Part shown: one piece after another, positions 26,839 through 38,301 of the stretch
Layout of the letters: each line of letters begins with the position of its first letter
Numbering within the stretch: position 1 is the first letter of the stretch
Assembly (NCBI GenBank): GCA_010015805.1
Contig: ML978123.1
Coordinates: forward strand, 2,480,001 to 2,544,000
DNA: 64,000 nucleotides
Origin: Rhizodiscina lignyota
Lineage: Eukaryota
Direction: 5' to 3'
Translations under genes and position numbers: made by a program
Notes under the pieces: generated by a model
The model's input: the letters and a program-made list of their open reading frames with translations, nothing else
Databases searched by the model: none
What the model was told of the DNA's origin: nothing

Positions 26839-27032
26839 TGCGAGCTGTCGCGAAGGCCCACTCAATTGCCCGTAGGATTGACAATGGAATTGAAGAAACG
26901 GAATTTGGAGTGTCACACTGCAGTAATGACGTTCTCCAGCGCGGCGAATTGAAATCGCGGGCGCGTCGACGCGTCCCTTGAACTTTTCTTGACTTTAGCA
27001 ACTGCGCATCCTCCCCTCCCCCGGCGAGAGCC
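26839..27032. promoter_or_regulatory. Very short (194 bp) bidirectional promoter region
   Basis: Divergent ATGs at 26838 (-) and 27033 (+); a CGCG-rich core gcgcgtcgacgcgt lies at about 26961-26974. Confidence 0.55.
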
Positions 27033-28901
27033 ATGGCTCAAGTTTTCCCGTATACCTACTACTCTTGCCCATGCGTGGAATCCTCCTCTACCAAGCCCAA
27101 CGCTGTTCAGAGCGCACCACAGGAAGCGGCTCCTTTCCTGGAAGACGAAGAGGAAAACACCTTTGACCCGCGCTCTCCTCGAGCTAATTTTTCCTTATAC
27201 CCCATCGAACACCTCCTGTACTGTACCGATTGCCATCAGATACGATGCCCCCGGTGTATGGTGGAGGAGGTGGTGTGCTGGTACTGCCCGAACTGTCTGT
27301 TCGAGGTGCCGAGCAGCACAGTGAGAAGTGACGGTAACAGGTAAACAGGTCCGAAATGAGCATTGCACTGCTCGCCTTAACGATGCTAACAATTCGTTAG
27401 ATGCACCCGAAATTGCTATAATTGCCCAATATGTACCTCCATCCTATCCATCTCCTCACTCGAAAAGCCTACTGAAGGTCTCACTCCAAACGATGCTGCA
27501 AGCGATGCAGCGAAAGCGCCAGGCGGACCATATTTTCTCTCTTGTCCATTCTGTCAATGGAGCTCGCTTGAGATTGGGATTCAGTTCGAAAAACACTTTA
27601 ACCTTACTTCGCAGTTGCAGAAGATCATCAGAGGCGACACTCACCGTCTCGGCTCTGTGACCGACCTCGCTTCACCGCGTGGTGAGGAGATGGAAGGCGA
27701 GATTCAAGGGCGTGCGTCGGTAGCTTCTGTTGAAGACACAGCTCCCTTGCCGATCCAAGGTGATACCGAGACATTGTTCACAAACCTATACAACTTCTAC
27801 CGAGCACAACTCTCCGAACTCTCAGACGCGAACCCTTACAGCTTGTCATCTGATTACAGTTTCGCTTCACCGAGCTCGATCACACGACTGATGAACCTTT
27901 ATGGTAGTGGTGGCCGTACAAAGAAGGACAGACCAAAACCTATTCGAGAGGCAGCTGAGTTCTCTGAGGGACAAAAGGTTTCTAATCCGTTATCGGAAAA
28001 AGAGAATATCGATCGCATCAGGTCAGTGGGCTGGGAAGGTACGGCAAGTGTCGAACAACGTCTTCAACAATGTCGTGAAGATGTTGGCTTTGTCGATGAG
28101 CTCCGGCCGCTCGCTACCCTTCTACGCACGAAGAAGTCGAAACGATGCAAGATTTGCCGCCAAATATTGTCTCGACCAGAATCCAAAGTTTCTACGAACC
28201 GCTACAAGATCAAGCTATTGGCGCTCAATAACATTCCAAAGATCACGATGCGTTCTCTCAATGCTCAGCCTGCTCAACATCCTTCCTTTCCCATGCAAGC
28301 TACAGCTCCAGGGTCTGACGAGGCCAGCACTCTTAAGCCGCTTGTCCCAACGCACTTCCTTCTCACGATCACCAACCCTCTCTTCGACTCTATCAAGGTC
28401 ACACTCGCTACCCCGTCTACTACTCCAGGTTGCGTTAAATCAAAAGTCACAATCCTCTGCCCTCAATTCGACGTTGGAGCAAACACAGATGTTTGGGATG
28501 AGGCGTTGAGTTCTGCTACCGATAGAAGCAGTAAACGACAAAGCCAGATGCTCTCTGCTGGGCCAGATGGCGGCTCTTTGACTGGAATTCAGGCGGAAGC
28601 GGGCAAAGTCTGGGAAAGGGGTCGAAACTGGACCAGTATTGTTGTTGAGGTGGCACCTGGGTCATTGCCTGATTCTATTGGGCATGTGACCCTTGGGGAC
28701 GATGCACAGGGCGACGGTGGAGCTGCGTTGGATGAGGATGAAGATGTGCTTGAGATACCCATTTTTGTTCGGTTGGAATACGAAACAGAGGCTGGCGGAG
28801 ATGATGGTGGAGCAGCACACGCCAGGAAAGAGGATGCGGGAAAGGAAAAGCGAGAAGAAGCGTTCTGGGCGGTGCTTGGGGTTGGCAGAATTGCGGGCTA
28901 A
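27033..28901 (+). CDS. DCTN4: Dynactin subunit 4 (p62), 2 exons
   Basis: FDPRSPRANFSLYPIEHLLYCTDCHQIRCPRC..CPNCLFEVPSS, an intron at about 27342-27400, RCTRNCYNCPIC, LRTKKSKRCKICRQIL. Confidence 0.93.
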
Positions 28902-30199
28902 TTGGACAAATACAGTATGAACTGCGTTCGTGGTCGCTAACGAACACAGGATTTGATCCAGAAAAAAGAACTTTAAAGAGGCCACATGACGCGTACGGCT
29001 TCTTTCAATCAATCATGGATAGTTGAATGCCCTTGCTTTGTCAAGTATCCTCTGACGCTGCAAAAGGTGCTTGCACAAGTCGAACGGTCCGGAGAGGCCT
29101 TCTAGTCGCTCCAGCAGGCAGGTTGAAAAGATGTCTACTGGCTGAAGTTAAGGAGCGACACTAACTTCGTACTCACTGTGCACGTATCCTGGGCAGAGTG
29201 GGATGACCCAGAGTAGTATTCGCTTAGGTCCGCAATTGGTAACTTCGTCAAACGTATCAATGGACGAATCAAGGAGACGTGTTTCAACAAGGCAACTGTA
29301 GCGGAGAAAACAAGCACCATCCGCTTACTCAACTCATCTTGTGTTTGGATAAAACCAGAAATGGTCGTCATCGCCAGTTGAGGAGTATGTAAGAACTGAA
29401 GATGGGCACACCCGTCTCTAAATGTCGGAGTTAACGGAAGGCTGCTTATTTTAGTGAGCCTCTGTATAGTCAACTCCACCACTATGTCGTGGGTGACCCT
29501 ACTGTGCAATTTGCTCCAGATATAAATCCACTTCAAGCCAGGAAACACATCGTTTTACGAGTGCGGATCACGTCAGTCCATGAGACGCAGAACCGAGGTG
29601 CCAACGGCCAAGAGCGGTATCCCGCATTCAAGCAGCATGCGGCCAAATTAACGCCACGGTATCACTCGCGCGAATTCACTGTTACAGATGATAATAGAGC
29701 ATAGTCTTCTTCTGGGCCGTATTTGCGCTGAGTAAGTGAGATCCGGGGCTGGCAAAATATTGATTGGGAGGAAGGGATCATGGATGTTTCGTCATCCCAT
29801 CGTGTTCACCCCGACATCAAACACCTTTGGTTTCCATACCGACTGGATATTACACGCTCTCCTCGCTCTTTCTCCTCCGCATCGTTGCGGATTTGAGTGG
29901 AGCTGCAAATACTCAGACTGGGCGCAGGAGTGTGCTTTCCTTTAATTTCGCCACTTTCCTGTGTGCACGACATGTCTCCTCGATTAAACTCTCAAACGTA
30001 GTCTTTTTTCTCATCTCATGTGACCACAAATACCTAATCAGAAACTCAAACGTATTTGGTGATTAATAGTTAACAAGGCGCTCTATTTCCGCTTAGCCTC
30101 TTTACTTTATATTAGCGCTGCGCGCCATAGAGCTGTTCACGCTAACCTGACGCTCAAGCATTGCTTTACCTCTATCCTGCGTCGCCAAACTAAATCGCA

Positions 30200-31657
30200 A
30201 TGCTTCTACAAGTCATTCCCACCTCCCTTTGGCTATCACTCCTACTTCCACTATGGACCACTGCTGCGGATCCAGGCATTCCTGACTATGTACTGAAATA
30301 CGGTAATCGTGTCGCATCCTTCCTCAAAGAAAGTCACTGATGGCTCAGCTCCACTCGTTTTCCTCGACGTCAATGAGCTCTATTTCCCCTCAGATATTGG
30401 CGCGCAGATTCCAAACACTCACCTCGACCTCAACTTCACTCCTGTTGCCGAACCCCGGAACACGGACTTGACTAATTTATCAGATCTGAATCAAGCTGGT
30501 GGAAACTGCACTACAGATGACTTCGATGCTTGCCCCCTGTATCTCACCTTCAACGGTAACATCACCTCCGATCCACCATGGTTGCACGGCGTCGTGCCTG
30601 ATTCCGTTGGCGCGACGAATGGTGCTATCTCATGTGCTGTCGTTGTTACAGATCATGGAGATGGCATAGTCGATGCTTATTACTTCTATTTCTATGCTTT
30701 CAATCTCGGACTAGTAATCCAAGGGGCGGGCATCCCTCCAGAGTTTGCTGGACGTGTCGCTGGTAACCACCTCGGTGACTGGGAGGTAAGTATAGCGGCT
30801 CCTCATCTTGAGAGCTATGTTCTCTTAATTAACCATTCGCAGCACACAATGACTCGATTCAAGAACGGTCAACCGCAAACTATATGGTTCAGTGCACACG
30901 ATGTAGGCACATAGCAACATGAATGATCCTACCGTTCACTAACGTCATCATAGTCTGGAAACGTTTACACCTACGATGCTCTATCGAAGAATGGAACCCG
31001 CCACATTGTATATTCTGCCCTTGGTGGGCATCCGAACTATCCGATTCCAGGTATTCATTCGCGCAACGAGACCGTTATTATTTTGAATGATACTACATCT
31101 GCTGGACCGCTTTGGGATCCCGTTAGGAGCGCATATTTTTACACGTTCACGCCGACCTCTTCAACAAATGGCACGTTCAGAGCAGCAGGATCAACACCAG
31201 ACGCGCCAATCGACTGGCTCTACTTCCTCGGCAGATGGGGTGACAAGCAATACAACGCTAGCAACCCGATTCAATTTAATTTCCTTAATTTAGAGCACAC
31301 TTGGGATGTAAGCATTGCTATGTCCTACTCGCGAGAAGACAACCACTGACCATTGTCCAGGATGGCCCAACCGGCCCTCTAGATAAGGATCTGAACCGCA
31401 CGGAAACATGTCCTGACCGTGTATCACCGTGCCCAACAACTACAAAGCTCCCCACCATAACCGGCGACCCTACGCCTTCGCAAACGGTCGCCCGGACGAA
31501 GACGGCTACAGTTTCGTCCACAACTTCGGAGCTGCCAGCTTCCAGCTCTCAGGGTGGTGCTGCATCTTCTACACCATCGGGTGGCTATGGTCCGCATCCT
31601 GTGTATGTCTCAAGACCCGCGCTGTATGCATTAGGAGCAAGCTTCTTGTGGCTTTGA
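30200..31657 (+). CDS. Secreted Vps62-family protein with a Ser/Thr-rich tail and probable GPI signal, 5 exons
   Basis: Signal peptide MLLQVIPTSLWLSLLLPLWTTAA, then IPDYVLKY|APLVFL..YFPSDI, DAYYFYFYAFNLG, GNHLGDWE|H, WLYFLGRWGD and GPTGP; hydrophobic C-terminus ALYALGASFLWL. Confidence 0.85.
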
Positions 31658-32301
31658 TTGGGCTCAATTGATGGGCAACATGGCGTTGTCCAAGCGGTTG
31701 CGTTGGGCGTTTGGTGTATACTACTGCTGAATTGATAGAGATCCTTTATTTGAACAACACGTAAGAGAGTCGCACGATAGGCCGACAGGTATAAATGTTC
31801 GCGACATTCCTAATTTACGCGTCTTAATGTCTTACACGATTGTCGCTTAGTCAGACTGTTCGCAATGCCGCGTCTGACGCGCTCCCCACCGACCGAACCC
31901 TTCCCCGTCTTATGTATTCTCCCGCATTTTATGTATGCTGATTATGGATAGCTGCAGTTTGCGGTGTCCGTCGACAGGCGGATTTGGCGAGATCGAGCTT
32001 ATCTATTCAGCTCCAAGTCGAGTGTGGTCTCGTGTAGGTATCATATACCTCCCTTGCCCTCGCCACACTGCGTGCCCCTTACTCTTTCGAGATGATCGGC
32101 GCAAGGAAGATGCAGGGTGGGACGAACTAGAGTTTCTCCAAATACAGAAGAGCACTCAGTAATCTCTCCGAGAAAAGGAAGAGGTGGTAAGTACACGCTT
32201 TCAGCATCATTTATTATTCCGAGTCCCACATCGAACATTTTGCTTGCTGTGTTTCGTATCACTTCTCTCCCTCCGTACCTGTTGCACGTATCCAGAAAGA
32301 C

Positions 32302-33699
32302 ATGCGTCAGACCGGTCCTACCAGCTTTGAGCTGGGGTTCTTTGACCAGATACCCAGTGTCTCAACATATACCGTAATCCTACTGGGATTTCCATTACCA
32401 GCAGGTACAGACCTCCAAGATGTCAAGAATCAGCTCCGGGCCGCGACCGATACATTAGCAAAAGCGTTTCCCTGGACCCGTGGTAGAGTCCTTCTCCACG
32501 TGCCAGAAGAAGAGAAGAATACATCAAGCGGCACGTACTCTGTCACCACAGAACGTCCAAATGAAATTATCCGGTTCGAAGACGTCACAACGAGTCTCCC
32601 ATCCTATGAAGAAATACTCAGGGCCAAGGTGCCCATAACAATGATACCACCGGAAATTCTCGCACCACGAGAAGGACTCCCTTCCCACGTAGACCCAAGC
32701 AAGGACGATGTATCCGCACTTGATATCCAAGTCAATCTAGTCAACGGTGGACTTCTTTTATGCTTTGCCAGTAACCACAATGTAACCGATATGAATGGGC
32801 AGGGCCAACTGATACGACTTTTCGCTCGCGCTCTTTCGCACGACGAGCCTTTTACAAAGCAGCAAGTGGAGATTGGCAACATTGATCGGCGAGAATTCCT
32901 GCCGCGATTGAAGAATGGAGAAAAGGCACCGGGGTTTGAGCATCTTTTTGGCCCGAGCAAATTAGGCCAGAATACTTGGGGAGCTGCTGGGCCACCCGCC
33001 TCTTGGAAAATGGCTCGCTTTCCATCGGAGAAGCTTAAGGTTCTGAAAGAGCTCGCCAGCAGGAAGAACTACTCGATGATAGTGAATGGCACCACATCTG
33101 CCGGACCGGAATGGATAAGCACCAACGATGCTCTTTCGGCCTTCCTCTGGCAGCGCATTACTGCTGCAAGGGCAAATCACCTTGACACCAAGGACTCAAC
33201 GAACCTCGTCCGAGCAATCAACTCCAGAAAGCGATTGCAACCACAGATCCCAGAAGAGTACATGGGACATTTCGTGTACGGCACATTGAATAGCTTCCCA
33301 ATCGAAGAGATTGTCGAGGAGGAGAATATTGCGCGAGTTGCGGCAGCCTTGAGACAGTCTCTCTACGATACGGACGATTATACTATTCGCGCATTTCTTG
33401 ACACCATCTCAAAGGAGTCCGATAAGTCCAAGGTCGACTACACCACGACGATGAAATGGCACAGAGATGTCATCTTGTCCTCCTGGGCAGAGCTGGGCCT
33501 GAGCACAACAGAATTTGGAAGCTTGGGGACGCCCGACTTTGTGAGAAGGCCAAACTTCGCTCCGTTGCCATCGTGCATATTTGTGGTGGACAAAACCAAG
33601 AGAGGAGACTATGACGTCGCGATTTGTCTCACCACGGAAGATTGGGCGGAGCTGGAGAAAGACAAAGTATGGGAGGAATACGTGGAAATGATCGGATAA
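32302..33699 (+). CDS. BAHD-like O-acetyltransferase, trichothecene 3-O-acetyltransferase (Tri101/Ayt1)-like
   Basis: HxxxD motif (NHNVTDMNGQG), WISTNDALSAFLWQRI, RAINSRKRL, SSWA and EFGSLGTPDFVRRP; single long ORF. Confidence 0.88.
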   Translation: MRQTGPTSFELGFFDQIPSVSTYTVILLGFPLPAGTDLQDVKNQLRAATDTLAKAFPWTRGRVLLHVPEEEKNTSSGTYSVTTERPNEIIRFEDVTTSLPSYEEILRAKVPITMIPPEILAPREGLPSHVDPSKDDVSALDIQVNLVNGGLLLCFASNHNVTDMNGQGQLIRLFARALSHDEPFTKQQVEIGNIDRREFLPRLKNGEKAPGFEHLFGPSKLGQNTWGAAGPPASWKMARFPSEKLKVLKELASRKNYSMIVNGTTSAGPEWISTNDALSAFLWQRITAARANHLDTKDSTNLVRAINSRKRLQPQIPEEYMGHFVYGTLNSFPIEEIVEEENIARVAAALRQSLYDTDDYTIRAFLDTISKESDKSKVDYTTTMKWHRDVILSSWAELGLSTTEFGSLGTPDFVRRPNFAPLPSCIFVVDKTKRGDYDVAICLTTEDWAELEKDKVWEEYVEMIG

Positions 33700-34106
33700 G
33701 ATGACCTTTCTCTCCGACAACGACAACGATGACGAGGCATGGTCTAATTTCAAGAATTCCCCCCACTTCTCCATAATATCTATAGCGGCAAGCGAATAAC
33801 TCTGTGCGCAATCTGTTGTTGATTTCGACTTGAGTTACAGGCAAAGGCAGCTCACTCCCCGGCAGAGCAAGTGCAAATTCGTATATGTTCAAGGCTCATG
33901 TGCCTCTGCAGCAAATTGTATGCCCATTAAACTGCCGCGGAAGTTCAACTCTATGTGCGCTCACACTCAAGCAGCTCCGACGCATAATACAACCAACCCT
34001 TCACACATATATATGAACACTGCCACGGTAACTGAACTCCTGTTTCTGACTTGAGCGCTGAAGTTCAGCGGAATAGAGAACACACGTTCTCTACATCATT
34101 ATTTCC

Positions 34107-35204
34107 TCATTTTGTAACGAATCGGTCGAGGTTGATACTTGCTGCCTTAGCTGCGGCATCCACATTCCGTTTTCCATACCATTGAGGCATCGTCTGTTGA
34201 ATGGCATCTTCAACCTCTGTCGCACCAAAATCAAGCAGCGCCAACACCTTTCCATTCCATTTCTTATCACTCGCCAGCATTGTCGCGGCCAATGCAACAT
34301 ACTCGGGCGTTTGAACAGTGATACCGTTTGCCTCCATCGCTTCTTTGATTCCTGAGCTCACCATGGCAGTTGCTACAATGTGATGTCAGTCCGCTATAAA
34401 CGATGCTTCACCACCAGGGCCACTTGCCGGTACCCCCCGGAGCAATTGCAGATACGCTGACATCCATCTTTGGTGCGTCAACACGCATAGCGCGTAAAAG
34501 GCCTAGTAACTGTCACCGTCCAGTCAGTGGTCAGTTTACATGATAGAGATCGATGGGTTGGTTCAGCGTACGCCATGTTTAGCTGTCGAGTAGAGCGGGG
34601 CCTGTGGTCGTTCGTTATAGCTTGAACTCGAGGCACTAATCACCAGACTTCCTCCCGGTGGGCTGTTCTGCTTGAAATAGTACATAGCTAGCCTTGCGGC
34701 TTCATCCCTTCTGTTAGCCACATGTTCGTTCGCAGTCGGTTGCATCGGGACGTACTTGAAAGAACAGCCTTTAAGTTCACATCGATCGTTAGAAGGTTAG
34801 GTTCTGCAAGTTCTCCGCTGTCGTCTAGCTTATCATCGAACAAGCTGGTCGATTCAAGTATACCAGCGTTCGCAAATACAATGTCGACGCTGCCGAATTG
34901 GCGTTTAGCTTGAGCAAAGACATTCCGAAGCTCCTTCCACACCAGAACATTGCATTGCATGAACTTGATGTGTCCAGAAAGGGACTGCTCGACACTTCGT
35001 CCGGCACTCTCATCGAGGTCACAGAATACTACCTTAGCTTCACATTTCAATAGGCGTTCAATAATCGCCTTGCCTATGCCGCTTGCACCTCCTGGAAGTC
35101 GTTAGAGAATCTGTCTATGGAAATTGTATTCACGCACCAGTAACTACAGCAACTTTGCCACGGATATTCCCAATTTGAGCTTCATTGACAGTTACATCAG
35201 TCAT
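34107..35204 (-). CDS. Short-chain dehydrogenase/reductase, multi-exon
   Basis: GKVAVVTG|GASGIG, DIVFANAGI, DVNL, catalytic YSTAK and IAPG. Confidence 0.9.
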
Positions 35205-35682
35205 GTTGATATCAGCTTTGCGGGTTTGGTTGTAAAATTCCGGTAAGGTCCCTCGAATATCGACGACAAAGTCTTTTAAAATAAATCCTTTTCGGAAGAA
35301 CAGCGCTTAAATTGTTAAGTGGGTTCGAGCACTGTCCTGACAAATACCACGTTTAAGTAGCTCTTTACTAAAATAATTCAGGAAATGTTAAGTTAGTTGA
35401 GTTCAATCTCGTGGAGCTCGGCTATTGTCTATGTTGGCTTTAACCTTTGCTGAGCTATCAATGGACCTATCGGAGCGGGGGTCTCCTTGATCGACGGCCT
35501 CGCATGAGCTTGCTTTATTGACCGAACGGAGCATTTGAAAAAACTTTGACAACATTATAACCACGGTCTTTCTTCAAGCCTCGGGCTACGTGAGTTACTG
35601 TGATTGACCTCGGAGGCTCGGACCGCGGGGAGTTGCCCCACACTCATGGTCAAAAGAGCGAAGTTCCTTAGTTACATAGGAG

Positions 35683-36404
35683 TTACAGATACCCTCCAAC
35701 CATTTTCAAGAGAATAGCGACTCTTTCTCCCGTTCTCCATTCCCCATCCTCTGCTTGGTTCGCTGCAATGGTGGGGCTTTTCTCATGTTTCTCGTAGAAG
35801 AAACCCTTACTCTCGTACACCTCGACAATACGGATGAAGCTTTTTTCGCTGTCATCCATGACGTTGTAGCTGAGCGTGCCTGCTTCTGTCGCCTCTACAG
35901 CAGACACGAGATCCGCCCAGCCTGGTACTGCAGCGGTAGATTTGCCTGGGTTATATGCGGATGAGGCGAAGATGATAAAGGGATCGGCTATTTCATTGAT
36001 GTTGGAACGTGTGAAGCTAGCTGAAGGTCTAAATTGATACACCTCTGGTGGACTAGCCAATGGGCCAGGGGCTTCTTGGAAGAAAGAGAGGAGCCTCTGA
36101 ACTGGCCCTGAGGAAATGTGTGCATTCTGAACGTCCTCATCCGCGTACTCTTCGATCATGAGCAAATCGGTGTCTTCTCCCGATTCGCCGGTTTGAGGGA
36201 TTGTGATGCAATATTTCGTAACTCCTGGCTCCCTGGACCGCGAATACTCGACAATCGTGTTGAAGATAGCGATCATCTGTATACATGCGACTCCATATTA
36301 GTCTTGCATGAGAAAATCCCAGCTTGCACGGATTCGATACATACTTTGTCTCTTGCATCCGCGTTCGTGGCTTTCAAGTGACCGATCACAATTATAGGAG
36401 CCAT
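35683..36404 (-). CDS. Antibiotic-biosynthesis-monooxygenase (ABM)-like dimeric alpha-beta barrel protein, 2 exons
   Basis: MAPIIVIGHLKATNADARDK|MIAIF..EPGVTKY..LMIEEYAD..AHISS, plus a second repeat EAGTLSY..IVEVYES..H. Confidence 0.8.
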
Positions 36405-37074
36405 GTTGTAAAGACACTTTCTCTGTTTCGATAGTTTGTGCTCCAGAGGCGGTTCACGTAGCATTCGTTAACACATCGCATAAGCAAGGAGCTGCCCGGA
36501 AAACGGTTGGCGAATATAGTCTCCTCCTCAGCCCATGGAATATCACGTGATACACAGGAGTTGCGAGGTTCAGCACGCTCTAAATACAGTTAGCCTTGTA
36601 ATTTAGCATACAATGCAAAAGAATACTTACTGCCCTTTCTGGACCTCAGCCGTGCTGTCGTCACTAAGATTGACGCTCGCAAAACATGAGTTTGAGAGTG
36701 GAATGAACCAATGAGAGGTCTGCTGCACGTGTTTGGTGGCAGCCCTGGCCAATCATCATCCCAAGCTCAGAGAGTGCACAGCACCCGATGTTCTTCCCAA
36801 CCTCGCACTTAGATGCTCGCCACACCACACCGAATTCGCTGGGGTATCATTTCGTATGCGGCAGCCGCATCCCGTCGAATCCGCTTGAGTGTAAAGAAGA
36901 GGTAGGAACGGAAACATATCCTCTGTTTACAAGAGGACGAAGTGACGGAAGCCGCGAGCAGCTATGAGTGGGAAAGCTGGAATGCGAGTGTAAAGCCACC
37001 GCGGCAGGAGCAAGTCGAAATCGGGCGTAAGCAAGTGCTAGTCGAAGTCCACAACAAGCAAATGGTGGCTGAAT

Positions 37075-37370
37075 ACCGCCGCAAGCATGAGTGAAGGACG
37101 CTGCAGGCATACTGATCGAGAAGGCTGCCGCAAGAGTGATCGAAAGCCCCTGTAACCTGAAGCATATTGATCGAAGGCCGCCGCAGGTATACCGATTGAA
37201 TCGCCACGAGACTGATCGAAGGCCGCCACGAGACTGATCGAAGGCTGCCGCAAGACTGAAGCATACTGATCAGTGACCGAAGGCTGCCGCAACCTAAAGT
37301 ATACTGATCGAAGACCGCCGCAAGAGTGATCGAAGGCTGTCGCAACCTGAAGCTGATCGAAGGCCACCTC
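37075..37370. repeat. Complex minisatellite, about 10 degenerate copies of TGATCGAAGGCYGCCGCAA
   Basis: The core recurs at about 37113, 37137, 37168, 37213, 37235, 37274, 37305, 37327 and 37354, mostly with ~22 or ~31 bp spacing. Confidence 0.85.
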
Positions 37371-37439
37371 AAATGCCGAAACTTCGAGAACTCCGAACGC
37401 CAAAGAAAAAACTCAAGAAATAAACTGGCTCCTTTCGAA

Positions 37440-38130
37440 GCGGCCAGTGCTTTTCAGGGTCTCAGTCTCAGTTATGACATGGGAATTTAACGTACAAGAG
37501 ATAACTCTAAGCACCTAAAGTATTAAGAAGAACAAGTAAGGCTTAGCTGCTATATTATATATCATAGGCTGAAAGACACCTGCCATCGCTTGAGAAAATG
37601 CGAAGGGATCACTAGCTTCTTTGAAGGACAACAGTCATCTGCCCTGGCCTATTCAACTGAACAGCTGTAGTAAGCACAAGCTTTATTCTTCAGTACGAGC
37701 GAGAGCGTCCCTGAGAGCTCGACTAAATATACATCAGAGGGTATTTATCTAAAACACGCAACGTTAGTATGTATAATCCTAATCTGTAGTAACTACTGAG
37801 GATATATATATACCTGCGATTTGATATGTTGTAGATAACTTAACTATTTTGTCACCGACTTAACAGAGTCGCCGGTGAAGTTGCATCTCTTAATATAGAA
37901 AAATGGCCGTACTCCTCGTCTAGGACGATCTATAAAATAAGCTTTTGATAGGATGGATTATCGACGGAATAGAGCTCGGTTTCGATATTACTATTAGCGC
38001 GATAATGGACGATCCCAACTTGTACCTTCAGGTTGCCCGCCTTGATGCTTTTGAGACTTTGAGCAACTGGTAAGTTTCGAGCGTGGTGGTCTGTAGTCAT
38101 TTGGCGTGCCCCTATCTTTCGGTGGGGCAC
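37440..38130 (-). other. AT/TpA-rich degenerate relic (possible RIP-mutated gene or transposon fragment)
   Basis: Visibly more AT- and TA-rich than its flanks. The minus-strand frame is broken by stops and carries an intron-like GTATAT...CTAAC...TTTTAG segment at 37749-37813. Confidence 0.4.
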
Positions 38131-38301
38131 GTACCCAGCTCAGCTGATCCCGGTCACTGCAGGCACTTCGGCGCGTCCCAACGCGACGCGTCCAACGTTC
38201 TTTCACGCATCACTTCATGATTTTCCAGAAGCTCCAACATAACGGCCTGCGGAGTAAATCGGACTGTACCGACAATTGATTTACTACATGTCTCCACAAA
38301 T

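Noticed and set aside
29000..29548. 137-aa minus-strand ORF with a possible donor site near its end
   Set aside because: No convincing start or family similarity, and the putative intron is unusually short.
36580..36630. Well-formed minus-strand intron signal (GTAAGT...GCTAAC...TAG) upstream of the ABM-like gene
   Set aside because: No coherent coding frame could be built across it; it may be a 5'-UTR intron or part of a relic.
37075..37370. Possible CRISPR array or repeat-encoded proteins (ORFs 36962-37372 and 37038-37403)
   Set aside because: Eukaryotic context, degenerate repeats, recurring rather than unique spacers and no cas genes; the ORFs are by-products of the repeat.
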